IMG/VR virus record: IMGVR_UViG_3300017727_001923
Span: 97,406-149,135 of that record
Reading direction: 5' to 3' (one strand)
Origin: a virus
DNA length: 51,730 nucleotides
Shown: one piece after another, positions 28,823-37,992 of the stretch
Position numbering within the stretch: position 1 is the first letter of the stretch
Layout of the letters: every line of letters begins with the position of its first letter
Position numbers and translations under genes: made by a program
Notes under the pieces: model-generated
The model's database searches: none
Seen by the model: the letters and a program-made list of their open reading frames with translations, nothing else
What the model was told of the DNA's origin: nothing

Positions 28823-29487
28823 TAGACATTCCGATTAATAATAAAGATGTGAAACAAGCATTAGATAATTTCTTATGGTATTATAACAATAGAGAAGTAT
28901 TATCTAAAGAGGTTCATCTCCATGGTGAAGCAAAGGACAGAAGTCACTGGGTTGGTACAAAACACAGAGATGAAATCATTGCTCAAGACACAAACCATGA
29001 AGGATTTCCAGATGCAGTTCATGGATACTCTTTAAAATCGGATAGAATTCAGTTTGTTGAAAGAAATAATCCAAATAATGCATCTTATATATCAAAATTT
29101 GGTGAACTCAATACTGAACTTTGTACAATATTATCCACACGTAATAACGCATTAGCACAACTTTATCCCCCAAATGGACATATTTCGTGGCATAATAATG
29201 CAAATGCATCTGCATATAATATTATTTTCTCTTGGTCAGAGACGGGAGAAGGATGTTTTAAATATGTTGATGGTCATACAGGTGACGAAGTTGTCATGCA
29301 AGATGTAAAAGGATGGCAGTGTAAAGCAGGATATTTTGGTGCATATGGTGAACCTTGGTATAAAAGGGTGTATCATGCAGCCGAGACTGACTGTTGGCGA
29401 TTGACCGTATCTTACATATTTGACCGAACTGATATGTCTATGGGTCTACAAGACGATATAATAGAAGAAATAATGTCTGATTTTTGA
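28819..29487 (+). CDS. 2OG-Fe(II) oxygenase-like (double-stranded beta-helix) protein
   Basis: LYPPNGHISWHNN...IIFSWS..GEG.F....VYHAA....RLTVSY fits the Y-P..G..WH ... H ... R layout; the HxD position is HxN. Confidence 0.6.
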   Translation: MIDIPINNKDVKQALDNFLWYYNNREVLSKEVHLHGEAKDRSHWVGTKHRDEIIAQDTNHEGFPDAVHGYSLKSDRIQFVERNNPNNASYISKFGELNTELCTILSTRNNALAQLYPPNGHISWHNNANASAYNIIFSWSETGEGCFKYVDGHTGDEVVMQDVKGWQCKAGYFGAYGEPWYKRVYHAAETDCWRLTVSYIFDRTDMSMGLQDDIIEEIMSDF

Positions 29488-29508
29488 TGTAGTTAGGTTT
29501 CGTTTCCT

Positions 29509-29516
29509 TATAAATA
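29509..29516 (+). promoter_or_regulatory. Late promoter TATAAATA
   Basis: Exact consensus, intergenic before 29559. Confidence 0.75.
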
Positions 29517-29558
29517 AAGACAAGAAGAAAGTTTATTGTTTTTATATGGGTACTCTAA

Positions 29559-29927
29559 ATGTTGACACCAAACTACGAAGATATTACAATTACACAAGGT
29601 GCAGATGTAGCGATAGAAATACATCTCATCAATGACAGCGACAGTGCATATGACCTTACCAATAGGTCTGTAGCATCTAAAATGAAAAGAAATTATACCG
29701 ATTCTGCGGGTGACCCAGATACGGTAACATTTAATGCGTCTATAATTTCCCCAGCAACTTCGGGGATTGTAAATCTCTCACTAACTAATACTCAAACAGA
29801 TGCGTTGAAGACTCGTGGACGTTATGTCTATGATGTAGAAATATCTTATGTCGATAGTGATTCCAACACAATAATCCAAAGAGTCCTCGAAGGTCAAGCA
29901 GAAGTAAGTCCTTCGGTCACTAAATAA
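29559..29927 (+). CDS. Small Ig/BppU-N-like virion structural (fibre adaptor) protein
   Basis: ITITQGAD, YDLT, G.VNLSLT..QT..L..GRYVYDVEI, RVLEG...VSPSVT. Confidence 0.65.
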   Translation: MLTPNYEDITITQGADVAIEIHLINDSDSAYDLTNRSVASKMKRNYTDSAGDPDTVTFNASIISPATSGIVNLSLTNTQTDALKTRGRYVYDVEISYVDSDSNTIIQRVLEGQAEVSPSVTK

Positions 29928-29938
29928 GGAAAAAATTA

Positions 29939-32900
29939 ATGACTGATAAGATATACATCAAAAAGATAGTCGTTGGGACTCCAATTAAGCGAGTAACATC
30001 TGGTGCGTTTTCTATTGAAAATTTATCAGGGGTAGACGTAAGTGCGACAGAATCCGATGGTTCAATCCTTGCATGGAAATCAAGTGCAAGTAAATTCGTC
30101 ACAACAAATTTAAAAGGTTCTACTAATATATCCGCTAACTACGATAGTGGTCTGGAACAATATACTTTTAGTTTTACTGGAGACACAATTACGGGTAGTC
30201 TTATACCCGACTCCAATGAGGCATACGACCTTGGTAGTGCAACTAAAAAATGGAAAGATTTACATCTAAGTGGAAATACTATTCAACTTGGAACTATATC
30301 ACTAAGAGATAGTAATGGTTCTTTCGTTGTTGTTGACAGTGGTGGTAGTAAAGAAACTCTTGGGGTTTCTCTTTCTTCAAATAACACTGGTGTTTTAAAC
30401 TTTGATAGTGGTTTAGGTCAGTTTACATTTAACGATTCTGACCTTGCAAGAACAAACATCAATGAGACATTCCATAGTGGTATAACTGTACTTAATGGTG
30501 CAACTATTGACAGTGCAACCATTACTAATCTTGCAAACACAAATTTAACTGGAAGTCAAGCGACTTTCGATAGTGCAAACATTGGTACTCTACGAGTAAC
30601 TGGTAATACTGTCCTTGATGGTAATCTGACCATTACTGGTACAGAGACTACCGTAAACACCGAAACAATTAACCTTGCAGACAATACGATTGTCCTAAAC
30701 TCTAATGCAACTGGTACACCTAGTGAAGATGCGGGTATTGAGATTGAACGTGGTTCTTCTGCAAACAAATCATTCTTATGGGATGAAGGTAGTGAGTACT
30801 GGACACTAGGTTCAGAGACTCTTCAAACTACAGGTAAAATTTTATACGGTAACGTCTACAGTTCAGAAGGTGACTTACCAAATGCGGGAACATATCATGG
30901 TATGTTCGCACACGTACATGGAACAGGTAAAGGTTACTTTGCACATGGTGGTGCATGGCACAAACTATTAGACGAAACATCGTCAACAACTGCAAACTTG
31001 ACCGAAGGGTCAAACCTCTATTATACTACTGCACGTTCCGATAGTGACTTTGATATTCGACTCGCAACTAAAAATACTGCGAATCTTTCTGAAGGGTCAA
31101 ACCTCTATTATACAACTACTCGTGCAGATTCAGACTTTGATGTCAGACTTGCTACCAAAACAACAAGTAACGTAGCAGAAGGCACAAATCTCTATTACAC
31201 GTCTACAAGAGTTGATTCAGATATACTGAATTCATCTATTGACGCACAAAGAGCTGCTCCAGTATACCACAAAATTGTAGTTACTGTAGAAAGTGGTTAT
31301 TACTTAATAGACGGAACTTCACAAGCAAATATGGTGTTGTCACCTAATGTTGTGTACAGATTCGACCAATCACATAGTAGTAATAGTTCACACCCATTAG
31401 TATTCTCTACTACATCCGATGGAACACATGGTGGTGGTTCAGAATTATCTTCAAACTTTAAAGTATATAATAAAGTAGGTAATGCTGGCTCTACAGGTGC
31501 ATATGTTGATTTAGCAGTAGAACAAGATGCGGGTAAACTTTATTACTACTGTCAGAGTCATGGTGGAATGGGTGGTGTTGCAAATACAAGTCCTCTTTCA
31601 TCTATCAGTGTTACAGACGCTGGCGGGGATGGTTCACTTTCATATAATAGTTCAACTGGTGTAATAACTTACACAGGGCCAAGTGCAACCGAAGTCAGAG
31701 CGCATTTAACAGCAAACAAAGGTTTGTCTGTATCCAACGGTGAGTTTAATATAGATTCCGCTAACGTTAGAGGCATGTTCTCTGCGGGTGGTGACCTATC
31801 TTATAATAGTGGAACAGGTCAGTTCTCATTTGACGTAGAACAAGTCTATACCAAAACAAACTTTGATTCCGATTTAGGTGCTGCATTAGATGGTGGAGCG
31901 GGTATTACATATGACTCCGCACAAGACACTATCTCTATTACAGCAACTGGAGTAACTGCGGGAACATACGGTAACGCATCTCAGATTCCAGTATTTTCAG
32001 TTAATGCACAAGGTCAATTAGACAGTGCGGGTACAGTTGCAGTTGCGGGTGTATCTACATTCTCATTCGATTCCGCAAATGGTAATATTACAATTGGAAC
32101 TGCGGATGGAGGAAGTTTCCTCACAACTATTACTCTTGACCCATATACTACTACAAATCTAACAGAAGGTACAAGAAAATATTATACTACTGCAAGAGCG
32201 GATAGTGATTTTGATATTAGACTTGCAACCAAAACTACTCAGAATGTAGCAGAACATAGTTCTAATCTTTATTACACAACTGCAAGATGGGACGCACGTC
32301 TTGCTCAAAAAGATTTAGATAATATTGCAGAAGGTTCAACAAATTTATATTATACCTCTGCTCGTGCAGATAGTGACGCAAAGAACTCAGTATCAGTAAC
32401 AGATGCGGGAGGCGATGGTTCACTATCCTACAACTCAACAAATGGTGTCTTTACATATACAGGGCCGAGTTCAAGTGACGTTCGAGCTCACTTTAGTGCT
32501 GCGGGTGATTTAACTTATGACTCTTCTACTGGTAGATTCTCTATTGATGTGGAGAATGTTTATACAAAGTCTAACTTTGATTCAGACCTTGGTGATGCAC
32601 TAGTTGGTGGAACAGGAATCACATATGATTCTTCTTCCGATACAATCAATCTTACAAACACTGGTGTTACTGCTGCAACATACGGTTCTTCAACTTCAGT
32701 TCCCCAGATTGCAATCAATGCTCAAGGTCAAGTTACCTCTGCAAGTAATGTAACTATTGCGGGTGTTACTGGTGTAGATTTTGATAGTTCAAACGCAACT
32801 ATTACAATACAAACAACTGGTGGAAACTTTACGGATGTCATATCACTCGACCCATTCACTACTGCAAACTTATCAGAAAATACTAACCTCTACTATACCG

Positions 32901-35188
32901 ATGCAAGAGCAAGAGCATCCAACTCTGTCACAGATGCGGGTGGAGACGGTTCACTGGCATATAACAGTACTACAGGTGTTATCACTTATACTGGGCCTAG
33001 TGCTGCTGAAGTAAGAGCGCATTTAACCGCAAACAAAGGACTCTCCGTTTCTAATGGTGAGTTTAACATAGATTCTGCAAATGTCAAGGGAATGTTTAGT
33101 GCATCTGACGCTGGCGGAGATGGAAGTTTTGCATACAGTAATGGTGTCTTTACATATACAGGGCCGAGTGCGACAGAAGTAAGAGCGCACTTAACCGCAA
33201 ATAAAGGACTTTCTGTATCCAACGGTGTATTTGACATTGACTCTGCTAATGTAAAAGCAATGTTCAGTGGTTCAAGTGGTGTAAACTACTCTAATGGTGC
33301 AATCACTGCCGACACAAATGAAATCAGAGGATTCTTTACTGCAAATAAAGGTCTTTCAGTTTCAAGTGGTGAGTTTAATATTGACTCTGCCAATGTTCGT
33401 GGAATGTTCTCAGGTTCAACAGGAGTAACCTATAATTCAGGTACAGGTGCAATTGCAATCGGACAGGCAGTTTCAACATCCGATGATGTAACCTTCCAAG
33501 ACGTAACAGTCAGTGGTAACCTAACAATTACAGGTGACACAGTTCAGACTGGTAGTGTTGTATCCGACAATAACTTTACAGGTCTAACCAACTCTAATAC
33601 AGGAAACAGTCAAGACTTTGGTTTCTATGGTAAGTATGTAGAAGGTGGAACAACCAAATATGGTGGTGTATTCTACGATGCATCTACAGATAATACATTC
33701 AGATTATTTACTGATACACAAACACTTCCGACTTCAACAGTAAATACTGGTGCTACAGGTTATTCAAGTGCAAACTTGATTGTTAAAGATATCAATGCCG
33801 AAGACTTAGTTCTATCTGGTAATCTGACAGTCAATGGTGCTACTGTAACCAACAGTGCAACCAACACAACAATCGAAGATGCATTGATTGAACTTGGTTC
33901 TGGTAATACAGGTTCAAACTCAAATGACCTTGGTCTTGTTCTTGAAAGAGGAACAACTGGTGACAATGTGTTCATGGGTTGGGATGAGAGTATAGACAGA
34001 GTAAGATTCGCAACTACAACTGCTACAGGTTCATCAACAGGTGACTTATCACTTACAAATGCAAACGTTCAAGCAGCAAGATTTTATGGTGACTTAACTG
34101 GTGCCGTAACAGGAACAGTTTCAGATATATCTAATCATACAACTGCAAACTTAACTGAAAACACTAATCTTTATCATACCACTGCACGTGCAAGAGGTGC
34201 TATATCGGTAACCGATGCGGGTGGAGATGGAAGTGCATCCTACAATAGTACTACAGGTGTAATTACCTATACAGGGCCGAGTGCATCTGAGGTAAGAGCG
34301 CATCTGACTGCGAACAAGGGTCTAAGTGTATCCTCTGGTGAGTTCAATATAGACTCTGCCAATGTTAGAGGAATGTTTAGTGCTTCAGGTGACCTAAGTT
34401 ACAATAGTGGTACAGGACAATTTAGTTTCTCTGATTCTGCACAACATACTTCTGCACAAATACGTGCAATGTTCTCAGGTTCAACTGGTATTACTTTAAA
34501 TGGTACTACTGGTGCAATATCAACAACCGATGGAGATATCGTTCATGATAATCTATCAGGATTTGTTGCAAACGAACACATAGACCATACTTCAGTTACC
34601 TTAACTGCGGGAACAGGTTTAACTGGTGGTGGCACAATCGCTGCTTCTAGAACTTTCAATGTGGTTGGTGGTAAGGGTATTATTGCAAATGCGAATGATA
34701 TCCAAGTTGACTCCGCAAACATCAAAGGTATGTTTAGTGGTGGTACAGGTATCACATATAGTAATGGTGCAATCTCTACTACAGATGGAGACATTGTCCA
34801 CGATAACTTGAGTGGATTCGTAGCGAATGAACACATAGACCACAGTGGTGTAACAATGACTGCGGGTACTGGTCTTACTGGTGGTGGTACTATTGCTGCT
34901 ACTAGAACCTTCAATGTTGTGGGTGGTAAAGGTATTACCGCAAACGCAAACGATATTCAGATTGACTCTGCAAACGTTAAAGGAATGTTTAGTGCAAGTG
35001 GAGACCTTGGATATTCGAATGGTGTATTCTCATTTAGTGAGACATATTCAACTGCCGCAGAATTGATGACCGCACTAAAAACAGTTGATACAAACTCAAG
35101 TGGTTTAAATGCAGACTTACTAGACGGTCAACAAGGTACTCATTACAGAATAAACGTTTACAATAACGCAGGCACGTTGTTAAACTAA
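29939..35188 (+). CDS. Long repetitive tail/collar fibre protein (1749 aa) with cupredoxin-like domain
   Basis: YDLGSATKKWKDLHLS, GNLTITG..TTVN, repeats TTANLxEGxNLYYTxAR and SVTDAGGDGSLSYNSxTGVITYTGPS, HPLVF...YYYCQSHGGMG, NADLLDGQQG. Confidence 0.75.
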   Translation: MTDKIYIKKIVVGTPIKRVTSGAFSIENLSGVDVSATESDGSILAWKSSASKFVTTNLKGSTNISANYDSGLEQYTFSFTGDTITGSLIPDSNEAYDLGSATKKWKDLHLSGNTIQLGTISLRDSNGSFVVVDSGGSKETLGVSLSSNNTGVLNFDSGLGQFTFNDSDLARTNINETFHSGITVLNGATIDSATITNLANTNLTGSQATFDSANIGTLRVTGNTVLDGNLTITGTETTVNTETINLADNTIVLNSNATGTPSEDAGIEIERGSSANKSFLWDEGSEYWTLGSETLQTTGKILYGNVYSSEGDLPNAGTYHGMFAHVHGTGKGYFAHGGAWHKLLDETSSTTANLTEGSNLYYTTARSDSDFDIRLATKNTANLSEGSNLYYTTTRADSDFDVRLATKTTSNVAEGTNLYYTSTRVDSDILNSSIDAQRAAPVYHKIVVTVESGYYLIDGTSQANMVLSPNVVYRFDQSHSSNSSHPLVFSTTSDGTHGGGSELSSNFKVYNKVGNAGSTGAYVDLAVEQDAGKLYYYCQSHGGMGGVANTSPLSSISVTDAGGDGSLSYNSSTGVITYTGPSATEVRAHLTANKGLSVSNGEFNIDSANVRGMFSAGGDLSYNSGTGQFSFDVEQVYTKTNFDSDLGAALDGGAGITYDSAQDTISITATGVTAGTYGNASQIPVFSVNAQGQLDSAGTVAVAGVSTFSFDSANGNITIGTADGGSFLTTITLDPYTTTNLTEGTRKYYTTARADSDFDIRLATKTTQNVAEHSSNLYYTTARWDARLAQKDLDNIAEGSTNLYYTSARADSDAKNSVSVTDAGGDGSLSYNSTNGVFTYTGPSSSDVRAHFSAAGDLTYDSSTGRFSIDVENVYTKSNFDSDLGDALVGGTGITYDSSSDTINLTNTGVTAATYGSSTSVPQIAINAQGQVTSASNVTIAGVTGVDFDSSNATITIQTTGGNFTDVISLDPFTTANLSENTNLYYTDARARASNSVTDAGGDGSLAYNSTTGVITYTGPSAAEVRAHLTANKGLSVSNGEFNIDSANVKGMFSASDAGGDGSFAYSNGVFTYTGPSATEVRAHLTANKGLSVSNGVFDIDSANVKAMFSGSSGVNYSNGAITADTNEIRGFFTANKGLSVSSGEFNIDSANVRGMFSGSTGVTYNSGTGAIAIGQAVSTSDDVTFQDVTVSGNLTITGDTVQTGSVVSDNNFTGLTNSNTGNSQDFGFYGKYVEGGTTKYGGVFYDASTDNTFRLFTDTQTLPTSTVNTGATGYSSANLIVKDINAEDLVLSGNLTVNGATVTNSATNTTIEDALIELGSGNTGSNSNDLGLVLERGTTGDNVFMGWDESIDRVRFATTTATGSSTGDLSLTNANVQAARFYGDLTGAVTGTVSDISNHTTANLTENTNLYHTTARARGAISVTDAGGDGSASYNSTTGVITYTGPSASEVRAHLTANKGLSVSSGEFNIDSANVRGMFSASGDLSYNSGTGQFSFSDSAQHTSAQIRAMFSGSTGITLNGTTGAISTTDGDIVHDNLSGFVANEHIDHTSVTLTAGTGLTGGGTIAASRTFNVVGGKGIIANANDIQVDSANIKGMFSGGTGITYSNGAISTTDGDIVHDNLSGFVANEHIDHSGVTMTAGTGLTGGGTIAATRTFNVVGGKGITANANDIQIDSANVKGMFSASGDLGYSNGVFSFSETYSTAAELMTALKTVDTNSSGLNADLLDGQQGTHYRINVYNNAGTLLN

Positions 35189-35203
35189 GGATAAATAACT
35201 AGT

Positions 35204-35992
35204 ATGGCATATAGTAGAATAAATAGTAGAAGCGATTTCATAGATTACTGTCTGCGTAGACTGGGTCACCCTGTCATCGAAATAAACATAGATGATGGAC
35301 AATTGGATGACCGTGTCGATGACGCATTACAACTATTCAATGAATATGTTGGTGAAGGTTCTCATAGAGTATATCTTCCAGTAACAATCACTTCGGATAT
35401 GACAACAAGAGGATATCTAGATTTTGATTTAGATACAACTGGTGTTAGTAATGCAAATGACATTTTAAATGTTGTTCGTGTATTACCTATCAATAGTGAA
35501 AGTGGTAGTTCAAGTTTCTTTGATGTTAAGTATCAAATGCGTCTCAATGACATGTGGGACTTACAAACAGGTCTATCTGACATGGCATACTTTGAACAGA
35601 TGCAACAATACTTATCACTTGTTGATATGAAAATGACAGGACATCCCCAGATACAATACCAGAAGGCAAACAATAAACTCCACATCTTTGGTGACATTGG
35701 TGCGGGAAGAGACCTTAAAGCTGGTATGAAAATTTTAATTGAAATGTATATGGCAACCGATATCAATGGTAATGGTAAAGCATATGATAACATGTTCTTA
35801 AAAGAATATGCAACTGCATTAATCAAAGAACAATGGGGTGCAAACCTAATTAAATTTGAAGGAATGGTATTGCCAGGCGGTGTACAACTTAATGGTAGAC
35901 AAATTTACGAAGACGCAAAACAAGAAATCGAAGTAATACGTCAAAGAATATATAATGAATATGACACACCACCAGATTTCTTTATGGGATAA
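35204..35992 (+). CDS. gp13: Neck protein gp13
   Basis: DYCLRRLGHPVIEINIDD.QLDDRVDDALQ, KEYATALIKEQWGANL.KFEG..LPGGV.LNG. Confidence 0.9.
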   Translation: MAYSRINSRSDFIDYCLRRLGHPVIEINIDDGQLDDRVDDALQLFNEYVGEGSHRVYLPVTITSDMTTRGYLDFDLDTTGVSNANDILNVVRVLPINSESGSSSFFDVKYQMRLNDMWDLQTGLSDMAYFEQMQQYLSLVDMKMTGHPQIQYQKANNKLHIFGDIGAGRDLKAGMKILIEMYMATDINGNGKAYDNMFLKEYATALIKEQWGANLIKFEGMVLPGGVQLNGRQIYEDAKQEIEVIRQRIYNEYDTPPDFFMG

Positions 35993-35996
35993 TTAG

Positions 35997-36866
35997 ATGG
36001 CAACGAACCCTTATTTTAAACAAGGTGTTAAGTCTGAACAATCAGTATATGAGGACATCATAATTGAAGCCCTCAAATTCTATGGACAGGACGTATATTA
36101 CCTTCCACGAGAAATCATCAACAAAGATAAAGTCTTTCTTGATGACGTACCGTCACGTTTTGGTAATGCATACAAGATTGAGATGTATATTGAGAACACC
36201 GAAGCGTTTGAAGGCGAGGGTGACCTATTTACTAAATTCGGTATCGAACTAAGAGACCAAGCAAACTTTGTTGTTTCAAGAAAAAGATGGAAGACTTTGG
36301 TTGGTTCTCGTTTAGAATCATTAAACTTCCGTCCTCGTGAAGGGGACTTAATCTATTTGACACTATCTCAATCTATATTTGAGATTCGTAGGGTAGAGAC
36401 CGAAACTCCATTCTATCAACTAGCAAATCTTCCTACATTCCGTATGCAATGTGAGTTGTTCGAGTATAATGATGAGGATATGGATACTGGGTTTGCTACA
36501 ATTGATAATATAGAAGCAGAAGCAGCATATCAAGTTGAATTAACACTGGACTCTGCGGCAGGATTCTCTATTGGAGAAACAGTTACTCAGGCATACGATA
36601 CGTATAACTTAACAGGTGAAGTTACTAGATGGAGTGACTCAGATGGTATCTTACGACTTGCACATGTTGGTGCATCCGATGGGAAGTTCCATCAATTTGG
36701 AACAGGGGTACAAGTAACTGGTGGTACGTCTCTTGCGAAAGCAACACCGACATTTGTTGATGAGTTGCAGGCAATACAAGCAGATGCACAAAATAGAATC
36801 TTTGATGACTTCGAAGCAGACTTCCTTGACTTCTCAGAGAGTAATCCATTCGGAGATATATCATAA
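35997..36866 (+). CDS. gp14: Neck protein gp14
   Basis: EQ..YEDIIIEALKFYGQDVYYLPR, TKFGIELRD, RPREGDLIY, PFYQL, CELFEY, DFSESNPFG. Confidence 0.9.
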   Translation: MATNPYFKQGVKSEQSVYEDIIIEALKFYGQDVYYLPREIINKDKVFLDDVPSRFGNAYKIEMYIENTEAFEGEGDLFTKFGIELRDQANFVVSRKRWKTLVGSRLESLNFRPREGDLIYLTLSQSIFEIRRVETETPFYQLANLPTFRMQCELFEYNDEDMDTGFATIDNIEAEAAYQVELTLDSAAGFSIGETVTQAYDTYNLTGEVTRWSDSDGILRLAHVGASDGKFHQFGTGVQVTGGTSLAKATPTFVDELQAIQADAQNRIFDDFEADFLDFSESNPFGDIS

Positions 36867-37645
36867 TGTTTGGTACATGGTTTTATCATAAAAGAGTAAG
36901 AACTGCGGTATCCGTATTCGGTTCTATGTTTAATAACATATACGTGTTGAGACATGATAGTACAGGAAAAACTATCTCTCAAGTAAAAGTACCATTGTCA
37001 TATGCACCTAAGAGAAATTTTATTGCACGTCTTGATGAGATGAAAGCGGGTGAAGATGGGGAACGTAGAGTTGCAATTAAACTACCTCGTATGTCTTTCG
37101 AGATTACGAGTATGAATTATGACGCACCTCGTCAATTACCTAAAACAAATAATGTATCTGCGGTTGTGTCTAATAGTGTTACTGCAAGACGTAAACTATA
37201 TACTTCGACACCATATAACATTGGATTCCAATTAAACATATATGCAAAATCACAGGATGATGCATTACAAATTGTAGAACAAGTTTTACCATACTTTGCA
37301 CCACAATATACCTTGACAATCAAACCATTTGCTGATATACCTACCTTGACCGAAGATGTTCCAGTAACACTTTCTGGTGTATCCTTTCAAGATGACTTCG
37401 AAGGTGCAGTTGAACAACGTAGGACAATTATATATAGTTTAGAGTTTGAAATGAAGATTGCTCTATACGGGCCAGACGCTAATAAAAGTATTATTCGTGA
37501 TGTGCGTAATAATTTATTTAATATGCAAGCAGGATTACAAGATAGTGACATGTATATAAAAACAATAAAAACTACACCGAATCCTACTAACGTAAGTGCA
37601 GATAGTGATTACGGATTTATTGAAACTGATTTGGATAGTGCATAA
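36866..37645 (+). CDS. gp15: Tail sheath stabiliser/terminator gp15
   Basis: FYHK..R.....FGSMFNNI, KVPLSYAPK, LPRMSFEI, QDDALQIVEQVLPYFAP, RRTIIYSL.F. Confidence 0.92.
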   Translation: MFGTWFYHKRVRTAVSVFGSMFNNIYVLRHDSTGKTISQVKVPLSYAPKRNFIARLDEMKAGEDGERRVAIKLPRMSFEITSMNYDAPRQLPKTNNVSAVVSNSVTARRKLYTSTPYNIGFQLNIYAKSQDDALQIVEQVLPYFAPQYTLTIKPFADIPTLTEDVPVTLSGVSFQDDFEGAVEQRRTIIYSLEFEMKIALYGPDANKSIIRDVRNNLFNMQAGLQDSDMYIKTIKTTPNPTNVSADSDYGFIETDLDSA

Positions 37646-37992
37646 TGAGTGATGAAAAACGAATAAAAGATGATTACGAATACTCTCGTGATACCTACTA
37701 TGAGATACTAGAAAATGGTAAAGAGAGTATGCAATTAATGATTGAAGTTGCAAGGGAGAGTGAACACCCCCGTGCGTTTGAAGTGTTGTCTACCATGATG
37801 AAAAACATGGCAGATGTGAATGATAAGTTGATGGATTTGAATAAGAAGAACAAAGACATAAATCAGAAAGAAGAACTTAAACAACTGGGTAACACCACAA
37901 ACAATCTATTTGTAGGAACAACTACAGACTTGCAGCGACTTATACAGAATGAAAAACAAGTAGTAATAGATGCAGAATCAGAATCCGAATGA
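37645..37992 (+). CDS. gp16: Terminase small subunit gp16
   Basis: DYEYSR, ARESEHPRAFEV, TTNNLFVGTTTDLQRL. Confidence 0.9.
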   Translation: MSDEKRIKDDYEYSRDTYYEILENGKESMQLMIEVARESEHPRAFEVLSTMMKNMADVNDKLMDLNKKNKDINQKEELKQLGNTTNNLFVGTTTDLQRLIQNEKQVVIDAESESE

